Assembly (NCBI GenBank): GCA_913054445.1
Contig: CAJXIK010000001.1
Span: forward strand, 1 to 34,827
Reading direction: 5' to 3'
From: an uncultured Bermanella sp.
GTDB lineage: Bacteria > Pseudomonadota > Gammaproteobacteria > Pseudomonadales > Oceanobacteraceae
DNA: 34,827 nucleotides
Shown: one piece after another, positions 1 to 8,288 of the stretch
Layout: each line of letters starts with the position of its first letter
Position numbering within the stretch: the first letter of the stretch is position 1
Notes under the pieces: generated by a model
What the model saw: only the letters and a program-made list of their open reading frames with translations
The model's database searches: none
Told to the model about the DNA's origin: nothing
Made by a program: the position numbers and the translations under genes

Positions 1-100
1 CCTATTGCAGTAGGACAGGCAGATTGCAGCGCTTAAATTTTGCGTTTATTGACCAGTAGGCTGAAGGGGACTGACGCCCCCAGACTGCAATGGCTACGCG

Positions 101-1423
101 CTAGCGGCTCGATTTTTTCTTGAAGGGGGCGGTACCGTCGCCAAAGTGCGGGCTGCTTGGCTTGGCAGGTGCGCGCCGTGGCTTGCTTGCGGGTTTCTTG
201 GCGGCGGCTTTTTTACTGGCTGCCTTCTTAACATCTTTTTTCTTCTTGCCCACAGGCTTACCATTGGATTTGACTTTTTTGGGGCCCTTGTACTTGCCCA
301 GCAAAGCCTTAACCTTGCGCACTTCTAGCTCTATGCGTAAATAACGCTCGATGGAGGCTTTTAAGTTCCACTCGCTATGGTCGACCAAGGAGACCGCCAA
401 ACCTTGTTCTCCCGCGCGGCCGGTGCGGCCAATGCGGTGCACATAATCATCGCCACTGCGCGGCAGGTCAAAGTTGATCACTAGGTCTATATTCTTGACA
501 TCAAGGCCGCGCGAAGCCACATCGGTGGCCACCAGGACACTCACATGCCCTTGTTGCATGCGGCTCATGATGTGATTGCGTTCGTCCTGAGTCATGTCAC
601 CGTGTAAAACCCCTACCTTATGTTTGTGGTAGCGCAGGAAGTGATAAAGCTCGTCGGTCTTGGCCTTAGTGTTGCTAAATATAATGCATTGACGGTAAGT
701 CTCGTTGGCCAGCATCCAGGTAAGTAAACGATCCTTGTGCTGGTCATCATCGGCCAGCATCACCTGCTGTTTAATGTTGCCATGGCTGCCCTTAATGGCG
801 TCCACCGTGATATTGGTGGGCGCATTTAAGACCTGCTTGATCACATGGCGAATGCCTTTTTGATTCATGGTGGCGGAGAACAGCATGGTCTGCTTCTGTG
901 CGTCACAATGTTCGGCGATGGCCACGACATCTTCGGCAAAGCCCATGTCGAGCATGCGATCGGCTTCATCCAGTACCAGCACCTCAACATCATTCATCAG
1001 GTTTGGCTTTCTGCCGAGGTGATCTATCAGTCGCCCTGGCGTGGACACAATTATTTCTGGGTTCTTGCGGAAGGTCGCCGCCTGAAATTTAAAGGATTCG
1101 CCACCGGTGATGAGGCCTGCCTCGATACTGGTATATTTGGCCAATGCCTCGCATTGTTTAAACAGCTGGCGCGCCAGTTCGCGGGTGGGGGCCAGTATCA
1201 AAACCCGGGTGCCACTGTCGGGCGCTTGCTTGTTAATGAGTTTATGCAGGATAGGCAGCACAAATGCCGCCGTCTTGCCACTGCCGGTCTCGGCGCACAC
1301 CATTATATCGTTGCCCGCCATGGCGGCCGGTATGGCTTGCAGCTGCACTGGGGTCGGGGCGCTGTAATTTAACGCCTCGATGGCCTTCATCAGCTGAGGG
1401 TCGAGATTGAATTGAGTAAACAC
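101..1423 (-). CDS. ATP-dependent DEAD-box RNA helicase (SrmB-like)
   Basis: GTG start. Q motif (PTPVQ), GSGKT, APTRELA, TPGRL, DEAD, SAT and HRIGRTGRAG are all present, plus a Lys/Ala-rich basic C-terminal tail. Confidence 0.93.
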   Translation of the reverse strand: MFTQFNLDPQLMKAIEALNYSAPTPVQLQAIPAAMAGNDIMVCAETGSGKTAAFVLPILHKLINKQAPDSGTRVLILAPTRELARQLFKQCEALAKYTSIEAGLITGGESFKFQAATFRKNPEIIVSTPGRLIDHLGRKPNLMNDVEVLVLDEADRMLDMGFAEDVVAIAEHCDAQKQTMLFSATMNQKGIRHVIKQVLNAPTNITVDAIKGSHGNIKQQVMLADDDQHKDRLLTWMLANETYRQCIIFSNTKAKTDELYHFLRYHKHKVGVLHGDMTQDERNHIMSRMQQGHVSVLVATDVASRGLDVKNIDLVINFDLPRSGDDYVHRIGRTGRAGEQGLAVSLVDHSEWNLKASIERYLRIELEVRKVKALLGKYKGPKKVKSNGKPVGKKKKDVKKAASKKAAAKKPASKPRRAPAKPSSPHFGDGTAPFKKKSSR

Positions 1424-1552
1424 GCTAAATACCTAGTGTAAATTTTGGGCGGATGTTACCAGAAAGCGACAAGCGGGTAGAGATGTAATTGTAGTGCAAT
1501 GAATTATTCGTGTTGTAAACGATGCTGTAAATGGCGCTTAGGAGGGGAGTTC

Positions 1553-1591
1553 AACCCTAGCCACCCTGTCATGAGAGAGGTGGTTAGGGTT
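1553..1591. terminator. Stem-loop downstream of the cysI-DUF934 operon (possible terminator or 3' stabiliser)
   Basis: AACCCTAGCCACC-N13-GGTGGTTAGGGTT, 12/13 complementary, 7 nt after the DUF934 stop. There is no clear U-tract on the minus strand. Confidence 0.45.
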
Positions 1592-1598
1592 AATGGGC

Positions 1599-2093
1599 TT
1601 ATGCCGCCGTATGTTTGCGCCTAAATAACGGCTCAGGCAAGTCATTGGCCAGCTGATACGGGTCAGTAAAGGTACTAAAGAAGTCTAAAGCCTTCTGCCC
1701 CGATAAACCGTCTTTTAACAGGTAGCTATCAAACCCACAGCGCCGCATGAAGAACAGTTGATCCAGCAAGACATCGCCGATGGCTCGCAATTCACCGCTG
1801 AAATCGCTGCGTTCTTTAACCAGTCGCGCGAGGCTATAGCCGCGACCATTGGCGAAAGCAGGGAAGTGAATGGCGATCAGCGGCAGCGACGATATTAGGC
1901 TAAGGTAAGGCGCCAACTCCACATCGCTGGCCAGCCATATGCCCACATTGCCACGCGCGTTGAGAGCGTCGCGATTATCCAGCCAGTAAGGGGCGGGCAC
2001 TAAGATGTTACCACTGGGCAACTCACTCTCGATATCTTCTACTAGCGTCCAATTGTCATCCAGAACGCCGGTATCATTAATTAGCTTTTGCAT
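1599..2093 (-). CDS. DUF934 family protein (CysI-associated), 164 aa
   Basis: Start moved to ATG 2093 (MQKLIND), which overlaps the cysI stop by 17 nt. Motifs FPAFANGRGYSLARL and ELRAIGDVLLDQLFFMRRCGFDS are typical of DUF934 genes that follow cysI. Confidence 0.88.
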   Translation of the reverse strand: MQKLINDTGVLDDNWTLVEDIESELPSGNILVPAPYWLDNRDALNARGNVGIWLASDVELAPYLSLISSLPLIAIHFPAFANGRGYSLARLVKERSDFSGELRAIGDVLLDQLFFMRRCGFDSYLLKDGLSGQKALDFFSTFTDPYQLANDLPEPLFRRKHTAA

Positions 2094-3738
2094 AAACACG
2101 TTCCTTAAAGGGAGTTTGACCGATGCGACCATAGGTGTCGATGAAGCGCTCGCCTTCGATGCGTGACTCAACAAATACGTCCAGTATCTTGCCGATAATG
2201 TTGGGCATTTCAGCGCGGGCAAACGAGGGGCCCAAAATCTTACCTATGCTCGCCCCAGTGCCAGACTGGCCGCCGAGGGAGACCTGATAAAACTCGGCCC
2301 CTTTTTTATCCACGCCAAGAATACCGATGTGGCCGATGTGATGGTGGCCACAGGCGTTCATGCAGCCCGAAATGTTAAGGTCAATCTCACCTAGGTCGTA
2401 GAGGTAATCTAGGTTGTCGAACTTCTCTTGCAAGGCTTCCGCCACCGGCAAAGACTTGGCGTTGGCCAATGCACAGAAATCACCACCCGGGCAGCAAATC
2501 ATATCGGTGAGCATGCCTAGGTTGGGTGTCGCAAAACCAGCTTGCTTGGCTGCTTGCCAAAGATCAAACAGTTGGCTTTTCTTAACGTCGGCCAACACCA
2601 AATTTTGCTCGTGAGTGCTGCGTATCTCGCCCAGGCTATAACGATCGGCGAGGTCGGCCACGGTATCCAGCTGCAGATCGGTAATGTCCCCCGGTGGGGT
2701 GCCTATTTTCTTCAGGGTGAGGGTGACGATGGCATAGCCGTCAACCTTGTGCTGACTGACGTTACGCTGGTACCAGTTGGAGAAGGCCTTATTGTCGGCC
2801 ATGTGAGTCTGCAAGGTGCTGTCATGGTCACTCAGTGCCTCGTAGGCAGGGGCGACAAAGTGTGCCTTGATGCGCTCAAGCTCTGCACTGGTGAGGGTGC
2901 CGGGGCCATCCTTAAGATGTTGCCACTCTTCATCGACCAATTTAGCGAAGTCTTCAACCCCTAAGGCCTTAACTAAGATTTTAATTCTGGCCTTATATTT
3001 GTTGTCACGACGACCGTTCAGGTTGTAGACGCGCAATACCGCATCTAGATAGGTGAGCAGGTCTTTTTCGGCTAAGAAGTCTTTGACTAGGTTGGCGACG
3101 ATGGGCGTACGACCTAGGCCACCGCCCACGTATACCTGGAAGCCTAACTCGCCAGCCTGGTTGCGAACGATCTTGATGCCGATATCATGCAGCAAGGTGG
3201 CGACGCGATCTTCCTTGAGGTGGCTGTTCACCGCTATTTTGAACTTACGCGGTAAAAAGGCAAATTCTGGGTGGAAAGTCGACCATTGGCGGATAATCTC
3301 GCAATAAGGGCGCGGGTCCACTAGCTCGTCAGGCACCACACCGGCAAACTGATCTGTGGTGGTGTTACGAATACAGTTGCCGCTGGTTTGAATGGCGTGC
3401 ATCTGCACCTCGGCCAACTCGGCCAAGATAGCCGGTACATCGGCCAATTCGGGCCAGTTAAACTGCACGTTGGTACGAGTACTGATGTGCGCATAGCCTT
3501 TGTCATAGGTGCGGGCTATGTGGGCAAGCTTGCGCACCTGTTGGCTGGACATGAGTCCGTAAGGCACCGCGACTCGCAGCATGGGCGCATAACGTTGCAC
3601 GTAGAGGCCATTTTGCAGGCGCAGAGGCAGAAACTGCTCTTCGCTGAGCTCCCCCGCTAGGTAGCGTTCGGTTTGATCTTTAAACTGAGCGACGCGCTCA
3701 TCTACGATGCGTTGATCGTAGTCATCATATTTATACAT
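2077..3738 (-). CDS. cysI: Sulfite reductase hemoprotein (siroheme/[4Fe-4S]), Pseudomonas-type CysI
   Basis: Likely start MYKYD at 3738 (alternative 3750). Motifs LRLQNGLY, TSGNCIRN, LPRKFKIA, CPGGDFC and SGCMNACG. Confidence 0.93.
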   Translation of the reverse strand: MYKYDDYDQRIVDERVAQFKDQTERYLAGELSEEQFLPLRLQNGLYVQRYAPMLRVAVPYGLMSSQQVRKLAHIARTYDKGYAHISTRTNVQFNWPELADVPAILAELAEVQMHAIQTSGNCIRNTTTDQFAGVVPDELVDPRPYCEIIRQWSTFHPEFAFLPRKFKIAVNSHLKEDRVATLLHDIGIKIVRNQAGELGFQVYVGGGLGRTPIVANLVKDFLAEKDLLTYLDAVLRVYNLNGRRDNKYKARIKILVKALGVEDFAKLVDEEWQHLKDGPGTLTSAELERIKAHFVAPAYEALSDHDSTLQTHMADNKAFSNWYQRNVSQHKVDGYAIVTLTLKKIGTPPGDITDLQLDTVADLADRYSLGEIRSTHEQNLVLADVKKSQLFDLWQAAKQAGFATPNLGMLTDMICCPGGDFCALANAKSLPVAEALQEKFDNLDYLYDLGEIDLNISGCMNACGHHHIGHIGILGVDKKGAEFYQVSLGGQSGTGASIGKILGPSFARAEMPNIIGKILDVFVESRIEGERFIDTYGRIGQTPFKERVYAKAN

Positions 3739-3806
3739 TCGGGTATCCATTCAATCGTTGTGCCACACAATAGCGGGCACAACCTTGAGATATTTCACTT
3801 GGCCGA

Positions 3807-3874
3807 ACAATAGCAAAACTCGCATATCGAGAAAATGGTTAATTTCTTATAATGCTTATCTGTTTTGCATATAA
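3807..3874 (-). promoter_or_regulatory. Putative cysI promoter: extended -10 plus AT-rich candidate CysB site
   Basis: Minus-strand TGcTATTGT at 3815-3807. The upstream block aligns ungapped with the cysH upstream region at 28/44 by hand. Confidence 0.5.
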
Positions 3875-3925
3875 CGAGAGGCCTCCGCAGAGAACGAATT
3901 AGCCACTCGAAGTGCTATCCTAGGA

Positions 3926-3950
3926 ATACCCGAGTAATAAACTAGGGATT
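3926..3950 (+). promoter_or_regulatory. IscR type-1-like operator upstream of nfuA
   Basis: ATACCCGAGTAATAAACTAGGGATT is a 25-bp imperfect dyad matching ATASYYGACTRwwwYAGTCRRSTAT at 19/25. nfuA is an established IscR target in E. coli. Confidence 0.65.
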
Positions 3951-4003
3951 GGTTTTCTGCCTAAAAATCAGTAAAATTGCGCAAAATTTGTTGGAGTTAT
4001 TGC

Positions 4004-4582
4004 ATGTTGGATATTACCGATTCGGCTAAAGATTATTTAGTGGGGCTGTTGGCCAAACAAAACTCACCCGGTATGTCGGTGAGAGTGTTCATCACTCAAC
4101 CGGGCACCCCTTATGCGGAAACCTGTTTGGCCTATTGTCGCCCAGATGAGGTGAACGAAAATGACGAGATCATGGACCTAGACGACCTACGGGTGTATCT
4201 GGATAAACAGAGCGTGCTCTATATGGACGATGCCAAGATTGATTTTGCTAAGGATAAAATGGGCGGGCAGCTCACCATTAAGGCGCCCAATGCCAAGATG
4301 CCTAAGGTCACCAAAGACAGTCCCCTCGAAGAACAAATCACCTATATCCTCTATAACGAGGTCAACCCAGGGCTGGCGTCCCACGGTGGTGAGGTGAAGC
4401 TCATGGAGGTAACGGCAGATGGCGTGGCCATATTGGAATTTGGCGGCGGCTGCCAGGGTTGCAGTGCCGTGGATATCACCCTCAAAGAGGGCATAGAGAA
4501 AACCTTGCTCGCTAAGTTGCCGCAGTTAACGGCGGTGCGTGATGTGACCGACCATACCAATTCAGACAACGCCTACATGTAG
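4004..4582 (+). CDS. nfuA: Fe/S biogenesis protein NfuA
   Basis: ATG 4004 follows GGAG (3993-3996). Degenerate A-type N-domain ([13 protein letters not shown]) and NifU C-domain (SHGGEV, GGGCQGC, VRDVTDH). Confidence 0.95.
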   Translation: MLDITDSAKDYLVGLLAKQNSPGMSVRVFITQPGTPYAETCLAYCRPDEVNENDEIMDLDDLRVYLDKQSVLYMDDAKIDFAKDKMGGQLTIKAPNAKMPKVTKDSPLEEQITYILYNEVNPGLASHGGEVKLMEVTADGVAILEFGGGCQGCSAVDITLKEGIEKTLLAKLPQLTAVRDVTDHTNSDNAYM

Positions 4583-4628
4583 GCAAAGCCTAATACATGC
4601 AAGCGCCATGGATGGCGTGTGTGCATGC

Positions 4629-5732
4629 CTAGCCACATTCATCAATAAAGGCAGCGAGCGTTTCTAGGCTGGCGTCTACTTCCCCTTCGCTGTCGCCAAA
4701 GACATTGATATGCCCCAGCTTACGATTGGGCCGCTCCGACTTGCCATACATGTGCAGGTGGGCATTGGCGTTGGCCAGCACGCAATCGCGGTCACCATTC
4801 TTGCCGATGATGTTGATCATGGCCGAGGCCGCCTGTTTAGCCTGTGGATTGCCCAAGGGCATACCGCAAATGGCGCGCACATGATTCTCAAATTGACTGC
4901 AATAGCTGCCCTCTATGCTCCAGTGTCCGGAGTTGTGCACTCTTGGGGCCATCTCATTGGCCACTAGGCCGTCTTCGCAATCGAACAGCTCTAGGGTCAA
5001 TACGCCCACATGATCGAGGTGATTGAGCAGCAGGCTAATGAAATCCTTGGCTTGCTGCTCTTTCGCGGGACACAGGTCTTTTACCGGCACCCGAGACACG
5101 CGCAAAATACCCTCATGATGAGCATTCTCGGCGATGGGGTAGACCTGAATGTTGCCATGAACATCCCGTGCCGCAATAACGGAGAGCTCACGACTAAAAT
5201 TAACAAACGACTCGGCGATTAACTCATTACCCGCTAAGGCGTGCCAGGCGGCATCGATGTCGGCCACCGTCTTTATGACCGCTTGCCCCTTGCCGTCGTA
5301 ACCCTCGGTGGTAGTCTTCACCACGATAGGAAGGCCTAGCTGCTGGCAGGCGTAACTTAATTCATCCTTGCTGGTCACCCTTAGAAACTGGGCGGTGGCA
5401 ATGCCGAGGTCATTAAACTCGGTTTTTTCGGTCAACCTGTGCTGACTCTTGCTGAGGGATAGCTCACCTGGGTAGACAGGCTTTTGCAGGTTAATCTTAC
5501 GCACCAATTCGAGGCTGGTATTCTCGCTTTCGTACGTCACCACATCGACCGAGGCGATAAATTGCGCGAGGGCATTATTCGCACTGGGTCGAATGCCAGT
5601 ACCCAAGTTGCTACAAGGGGACTGCTGAGCCTCATCATAAAATACAAAATCGATATCTAGGGGGATGCCGGCCAATGCCATCATGCGACCAAGCTGGCCT
5701 GCGCCAATGACACCTACGCGTTTTGTCGTCAT
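4629..5732 (-). CDS. purK: N5-CAIR synthase
   Basis: GAGQLGRMMA, GYDGKGQ, NEMAPRVHNSGHWS, SQFENHVRA and RKLGH. Abuts purE. Confidence 0.96.
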   Translation of the reverse strand: MTTKRVGVIGAGQLGRMMALAGIPLDIDFVFYDEAQQSPCSNLGTGIRPSANNALAQFIASVDVVTYESENTSLELVRKINLQKPVYPGELSLSKSQHRLTEKTEFNDLGIATAQFLRVTSKDELSYACQQLGLPIVVKTTTEGYDGKGQAVIKTVADIDAAWHALAGNELIAESFVNFSRELSVIAARDVHGNIQVYPIAENAHHEGILRVSRVPVKDLCPAKEQQAKDFISLLLNHLDHVGVLTLELFDCEDGLVANEMAPRVHNSGHWSIEGSYCSQFENHVRAICGMPLGNPQAKQAASAMINIIGKNGDRDCVLANANAHLHMYGKSERPNRKLGHINVFGDSEGEVDASLETLAAFIDECG

Positions 5733-6227
5733 TTATGCATCTCTTGGGTCGGGTATGGACAGAACTTTTTCGGTTTGCTGGCGGCGAAACTCAATGAGTT
5801 TCGCGCGCACATCATCATCATGCAGGGCGATGATTTGCGCGGCCAGTATGCCTGCATTGGCGGCACCCGCTGGGCCGATGGCCAGAGTGCCCACCGCAAT
5901 GCCAGCCGGCATCTGCGCGATAGACAGCAAAGAATCTATGCCATTGAGGGTCTTGCTTTTAACGGGCACACCCAGCACTGGAATGTGAGTCTTGGCAGAC
6001 ACCATACCGGGTAGGTGGGCGGCACCACCAGCACCGGCGATGATGGCCTGAATGCCACGCTCACCAGCGGTTGCCGCGTATTCAAATAATAAATCTGGCG
6101 TGCGGTGGGCAGAAACCACCTTCACCTCATAGCTAACACCCAGCTTGGTTAGCATTTCCTCGGCTTTTTCCATGGTGGGCCAATCAGAGGTGGACCCCAT
6201 GATAATGCCAACTTGTGGACGATTCAT
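5733..6227 (-). CDS. purE: N5-CAIR mutase
   Basis: [25 protein letters not shown] and QMPAGIAV. Confidence 0.97.
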   Translation of the reverse strand: MNRPQVGIIMGSTSDWPTMEKAEEMLTKLGVSYEVKVVSAHRTPDLLFEYAATAGERGIQAIIAGAGGAAHLPGMVSAKTHIPVLGVPVKSKTLNGIDSLLSIAQMPAGIAVGTLAIGPAGAANAGILAAQIIALHDDDVRAKLIEFRRQQTEKVLSIPDPRDA

Positions 6228-6266
6228 CGTTAACTACTCAATATTGAAGGGGGCGGATTCTAACAT

Positions 6267-6303
6267 AAAAAAGGAGGGAGGTTGCAGCGCAACCCCCCTT
6301 TTT
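6267..6303 (-). terminator. Intrinsic terminator after the DAHP synthase gene
   Basis: AAAAAAGGAGGGAGGTTGC-AGC-GCAACCCCCCTTTTT: a GC-rich stem flanked by A and T tracts, 3 nt after the stop. Confidence 0.75.
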
Positions 6304-6306
6304 GAA

Positions 6307-7374
6307 TTAACGCTTAGGCAGGATGTCTTTTAACTTTGCATGCATCTTGAGGATAGATTCTTCGGTTTGTGCCCAAGAGATACAGCCATCCGTCACCGAT
6401 TGCCCGTAAACCAGATCATCTAGGTTTTTAGGGATGCTCTGATTGCCAAACTCTAAGTGAGATTCCACCATTAAGCCCACGATAGACGTATTGCCTTCGA
6501 GGATCTGGTTGCTGGCGTTGTCCATGACCAGGGGCTGTAGCGCCGGGTCCTTGTTGGAGTTGGCGTGGCTACAGTCAATCATGATGTTGTTGGGGATGCC
6601 GGCTTTCTCTATTTCCTGCTCACACAGGGCGATGCTTACCGAATCGTAATTTGGCTTGCCGCCGCCACCGCGCAGCACGATGTGGCCGTTGGGGTTGCCT
6701 TGGGTTTCCACCACGGATACCTGGCCGTCTCCGTTTATACCCAGAAAACGGTGCGGGTTGGCAACGGATTGTAGGGCGTTGATGGCCACCGTTAGGTTGC
6801 CGTCGGTGCCGTTTTTAAAGCCCACCGCGGAGGAAAGGCCGCTGGCCATCTCTCTGTGAGTCTGGCTCTCTGTGGTGCGGGCGCCGATGGCAGACCAGCT
6901 AATTAGGTCTTGTAGGTATTGTGGCGAAATAGGGTCCAGCGCTTCGGTGCTTAAGGGCAGGCCCAGTTCGGCCAGATCGATCAGCAACTTACGGGATATG
7001 GTTAAGCCGTCTTCAATCTTAAAGGTGTCGTTTAAGTAGGGGTCATTGATGAGACCTTTCCAACCCACTGTGGTGCGGGGCTTTTCGAAGTAAACGCGCA
7101 TCACCAGCAAGAGTGTGTCGCCTACTTTCTCGCTCAACACCTTTAGGCGCTCGGCGTATTCTTTGGCCGCTTTTACGTCATGAATAGAGCAGGGGCCGAT
7201 GACCACAAATAAACGGTGATCCTTGCGTTCGAGGATGTTACGAATAGCATCGCGGCCCCGTTCTATGGAGGCTATGGCGCTGTCGCTAACGGGCAATTGT
7301 GCCTTTAGTTTTTCCGGGGTAATGAGAGGGGTGGAGCTCTTAATGTTTAAATCTTCGAGGCGCGTGTTAGTCAT
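6307..7374 (-). CDS. aroF: Class I-alpha DAHP synthase (AroF/G/H family)
   Basis: Start moved to ATG 7374. Motifs GPCSIHD, RVYFEKPRTTVGWKGLINDP, IGARTTESQTHRE, DCSHANS and SVTDGCI. The isozyme letter is tentative. Confidence 0.92.
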   Translation of the reverse strand: MTNTRLEDLNIKSSTPLITPEKLKAQLPVSDSAIASIERGRDAIRNILERKDHRLFVVIGPCSIHDVKAAKEYAERLKVLSEKVGDTLLLVMRVYFEKPRTTVGWKGLINDPYLNDTFKIEDGLTISRKLLIDLAELGLPLSTEALDPISPQYLQDLISWSAIGARTTESQTHREMASGLSSAVGFKNGTDGNLTVAINALQSVANPHRFLGINGDGQVSVVETQGNPNGHIVLRGGGGKPNYDSVSIALCEQEIEKAGIPNNIMIDCSHANSNKDPALQPLVMDNASNQILEGNTSIVGLMVESHLEFGNQSIPKNLDDLVYGQSVTDGCISWAQTEESILKMHAKLKDILPKR

Positions 7375-7524
7375 GGTACTTAAGATCCGCAACGGAAAGT
7401 TAATTTTATATTTGAGGTGAATAATAAAGCAGTTGAGGGGACAGCTGAAGGGCTTTGTTGCGGCAAATGATGAGATTTGGCAAGTTTTAAAGGCAAGGCC
7501 TGCAAGAATTACAAGCCTTGTTGG

Positions 7525-7704
7525 TTATTTGCTCAATTTATCGTTGATTTCTTTGTACTTCATGACGTCAGGCTCGGGGAACATGATCTCAGAGCCATTT
7601 TTCACGCTTCTTAATAAATGCTCTCGCGCCCACCGTTTTACCGTGACCTCACTCACATTTAGTATCGTGCAGGTTTCTGTAATGTTTAATAATTTGTCGC
7701 CCAT
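7525..7704 (-). CDS. Small excisionase/MerR-type helix-turn-helix (HTH_17-like) protein, 59 aa; not in the ORF track
   Basis: Hand translation: MGDKLLNITETCTILNVSEVTVKRWAREHLLRSVKNGSEIMFPEPDVMKYKEINDKLSK*. AGGAGG RBS at 7715-7710. LLxxxExxxxLxVSxxTVxRWxR pattern. Confidence 0.85.
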   Translation of the reverse strand: MGDKLLNITETCTILNVSEVTVKRWAREHLLRSVKNGSEIMFPEPDVMKYKEINDKLSK

Positions 7705-7730
7705 ACTCGCCTCCTAATCAGCATGAATTT

Positions 7731-7760
7731 AGTATAGACAGTTATTTCCCCTGCTATGCT
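7731..7760. promoter_or_regulatory. Back-to-back putative -10 elements for the HTH gene and usp
   Basis: Minus strand CTATACT (7737-7731) and plus strand TGCTATGCT (7752-7760). Both resemble RpoS-type or extended -10 boxes. Confidence 0.4.
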
Positions 7761-7790
7761 TAAAATTATATTTGGCAGAAAGTAGTCGCC

Positions 7791-8288
7791 GTGATCAAAC
7801 ATATCTTATTCGCCACCGATTTAGGACTATATGGACCCTACCTAATGAAGCAGCTGGCCTCCGTGGTGCAAAGCACGGGGGCCAGTGTGGACATCCTACA
7901 TGCTATCGAGCCCATGGGGTTGTTTGCCGAATCTATCATCGATACCTACATGCCAGACAAAGAGCGTGAGTTCTTGCGTCACAAGGGCCTTACCGAGGTC
8001 ATCGAGCGCATTCGCTTGCAGGTGATCGACACCCTCAATTCAGAGTACGCAGATTCGTTAAAGTTAATTAATCTGCGCGAGGTGCTGGTTAAGGTGGGGG
8101 TGCCCGCCGAGGTTATTATTGAACAGGCTAAGCTAACCGGCAGCGATCTGATTGTACTGGGTAGTCATGGCCAGCAAACCTACTGCGGTGGGGTGCTGGG
8201 GTCCGTGGTGAGCAAAGTATTACAGACCGCGCCTGTGGCGGTGCACATGATCCCCATGTTGACCCTCGACGATCTGGCACGCAGCTAA
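7791..8288 (+). CDS. Universal stress protein (single Usp domain)
   Basis: GTG start. IKHILFATDL N-terminus and DLIVLGSHG...LGSVVSKVLQTAPVAVHMIP. Confidence 0.92.
   Translation: MIKHILFATDLGLYGPYLMKQLASVVQSTGASVDILHAIEPMGLFAESIIDTYMPDKEREFLRHKGLTEVIERIRLQVIDTLNSEYADSLKLINLREVLVKVGVPAEVIIEQAKLTGSDLIVLGSHGQQTYCGGVLGSVVSKVLQTAPVAVHMIPMLTLDDLARS

Noticed and set aside
1-100. Possible gene fragments at the window edges (also 34763-34827)
   Set aside because: Too little sequence to assign a frame or product.
845-1372. Long antisense ORFs (also 2542-2964, 10130-10630, 15838-16251, 27573-28112, 30708-31181)
   Set aside because: They lie opposite well-supported genes and have no motifs, so they are shadow ORFs.
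2094-2222. N-terminal extensions in the ORF track for DUF934, nfuA, aroF, thrH, DUF1285, ETF-QO, gspH and gspK
   Set aside because: Longest-ORF artefacts. Downstream starts fit RBS position, gene coupling or family N-termini better.
7433-7717. 94-aa plus-strand ORF in the aroF-usp gap
   Set aside because: TTG start and no recognisable motif. It is antisense to the better supported 59-aa HTH gene.
7400-7790. Prophage or ICE remnant suggested by the Xis-like gene
   Set aside because: No integrase, tRNA, direct repeats or other mobile genes are present, and the flanks are housekeeping genes.
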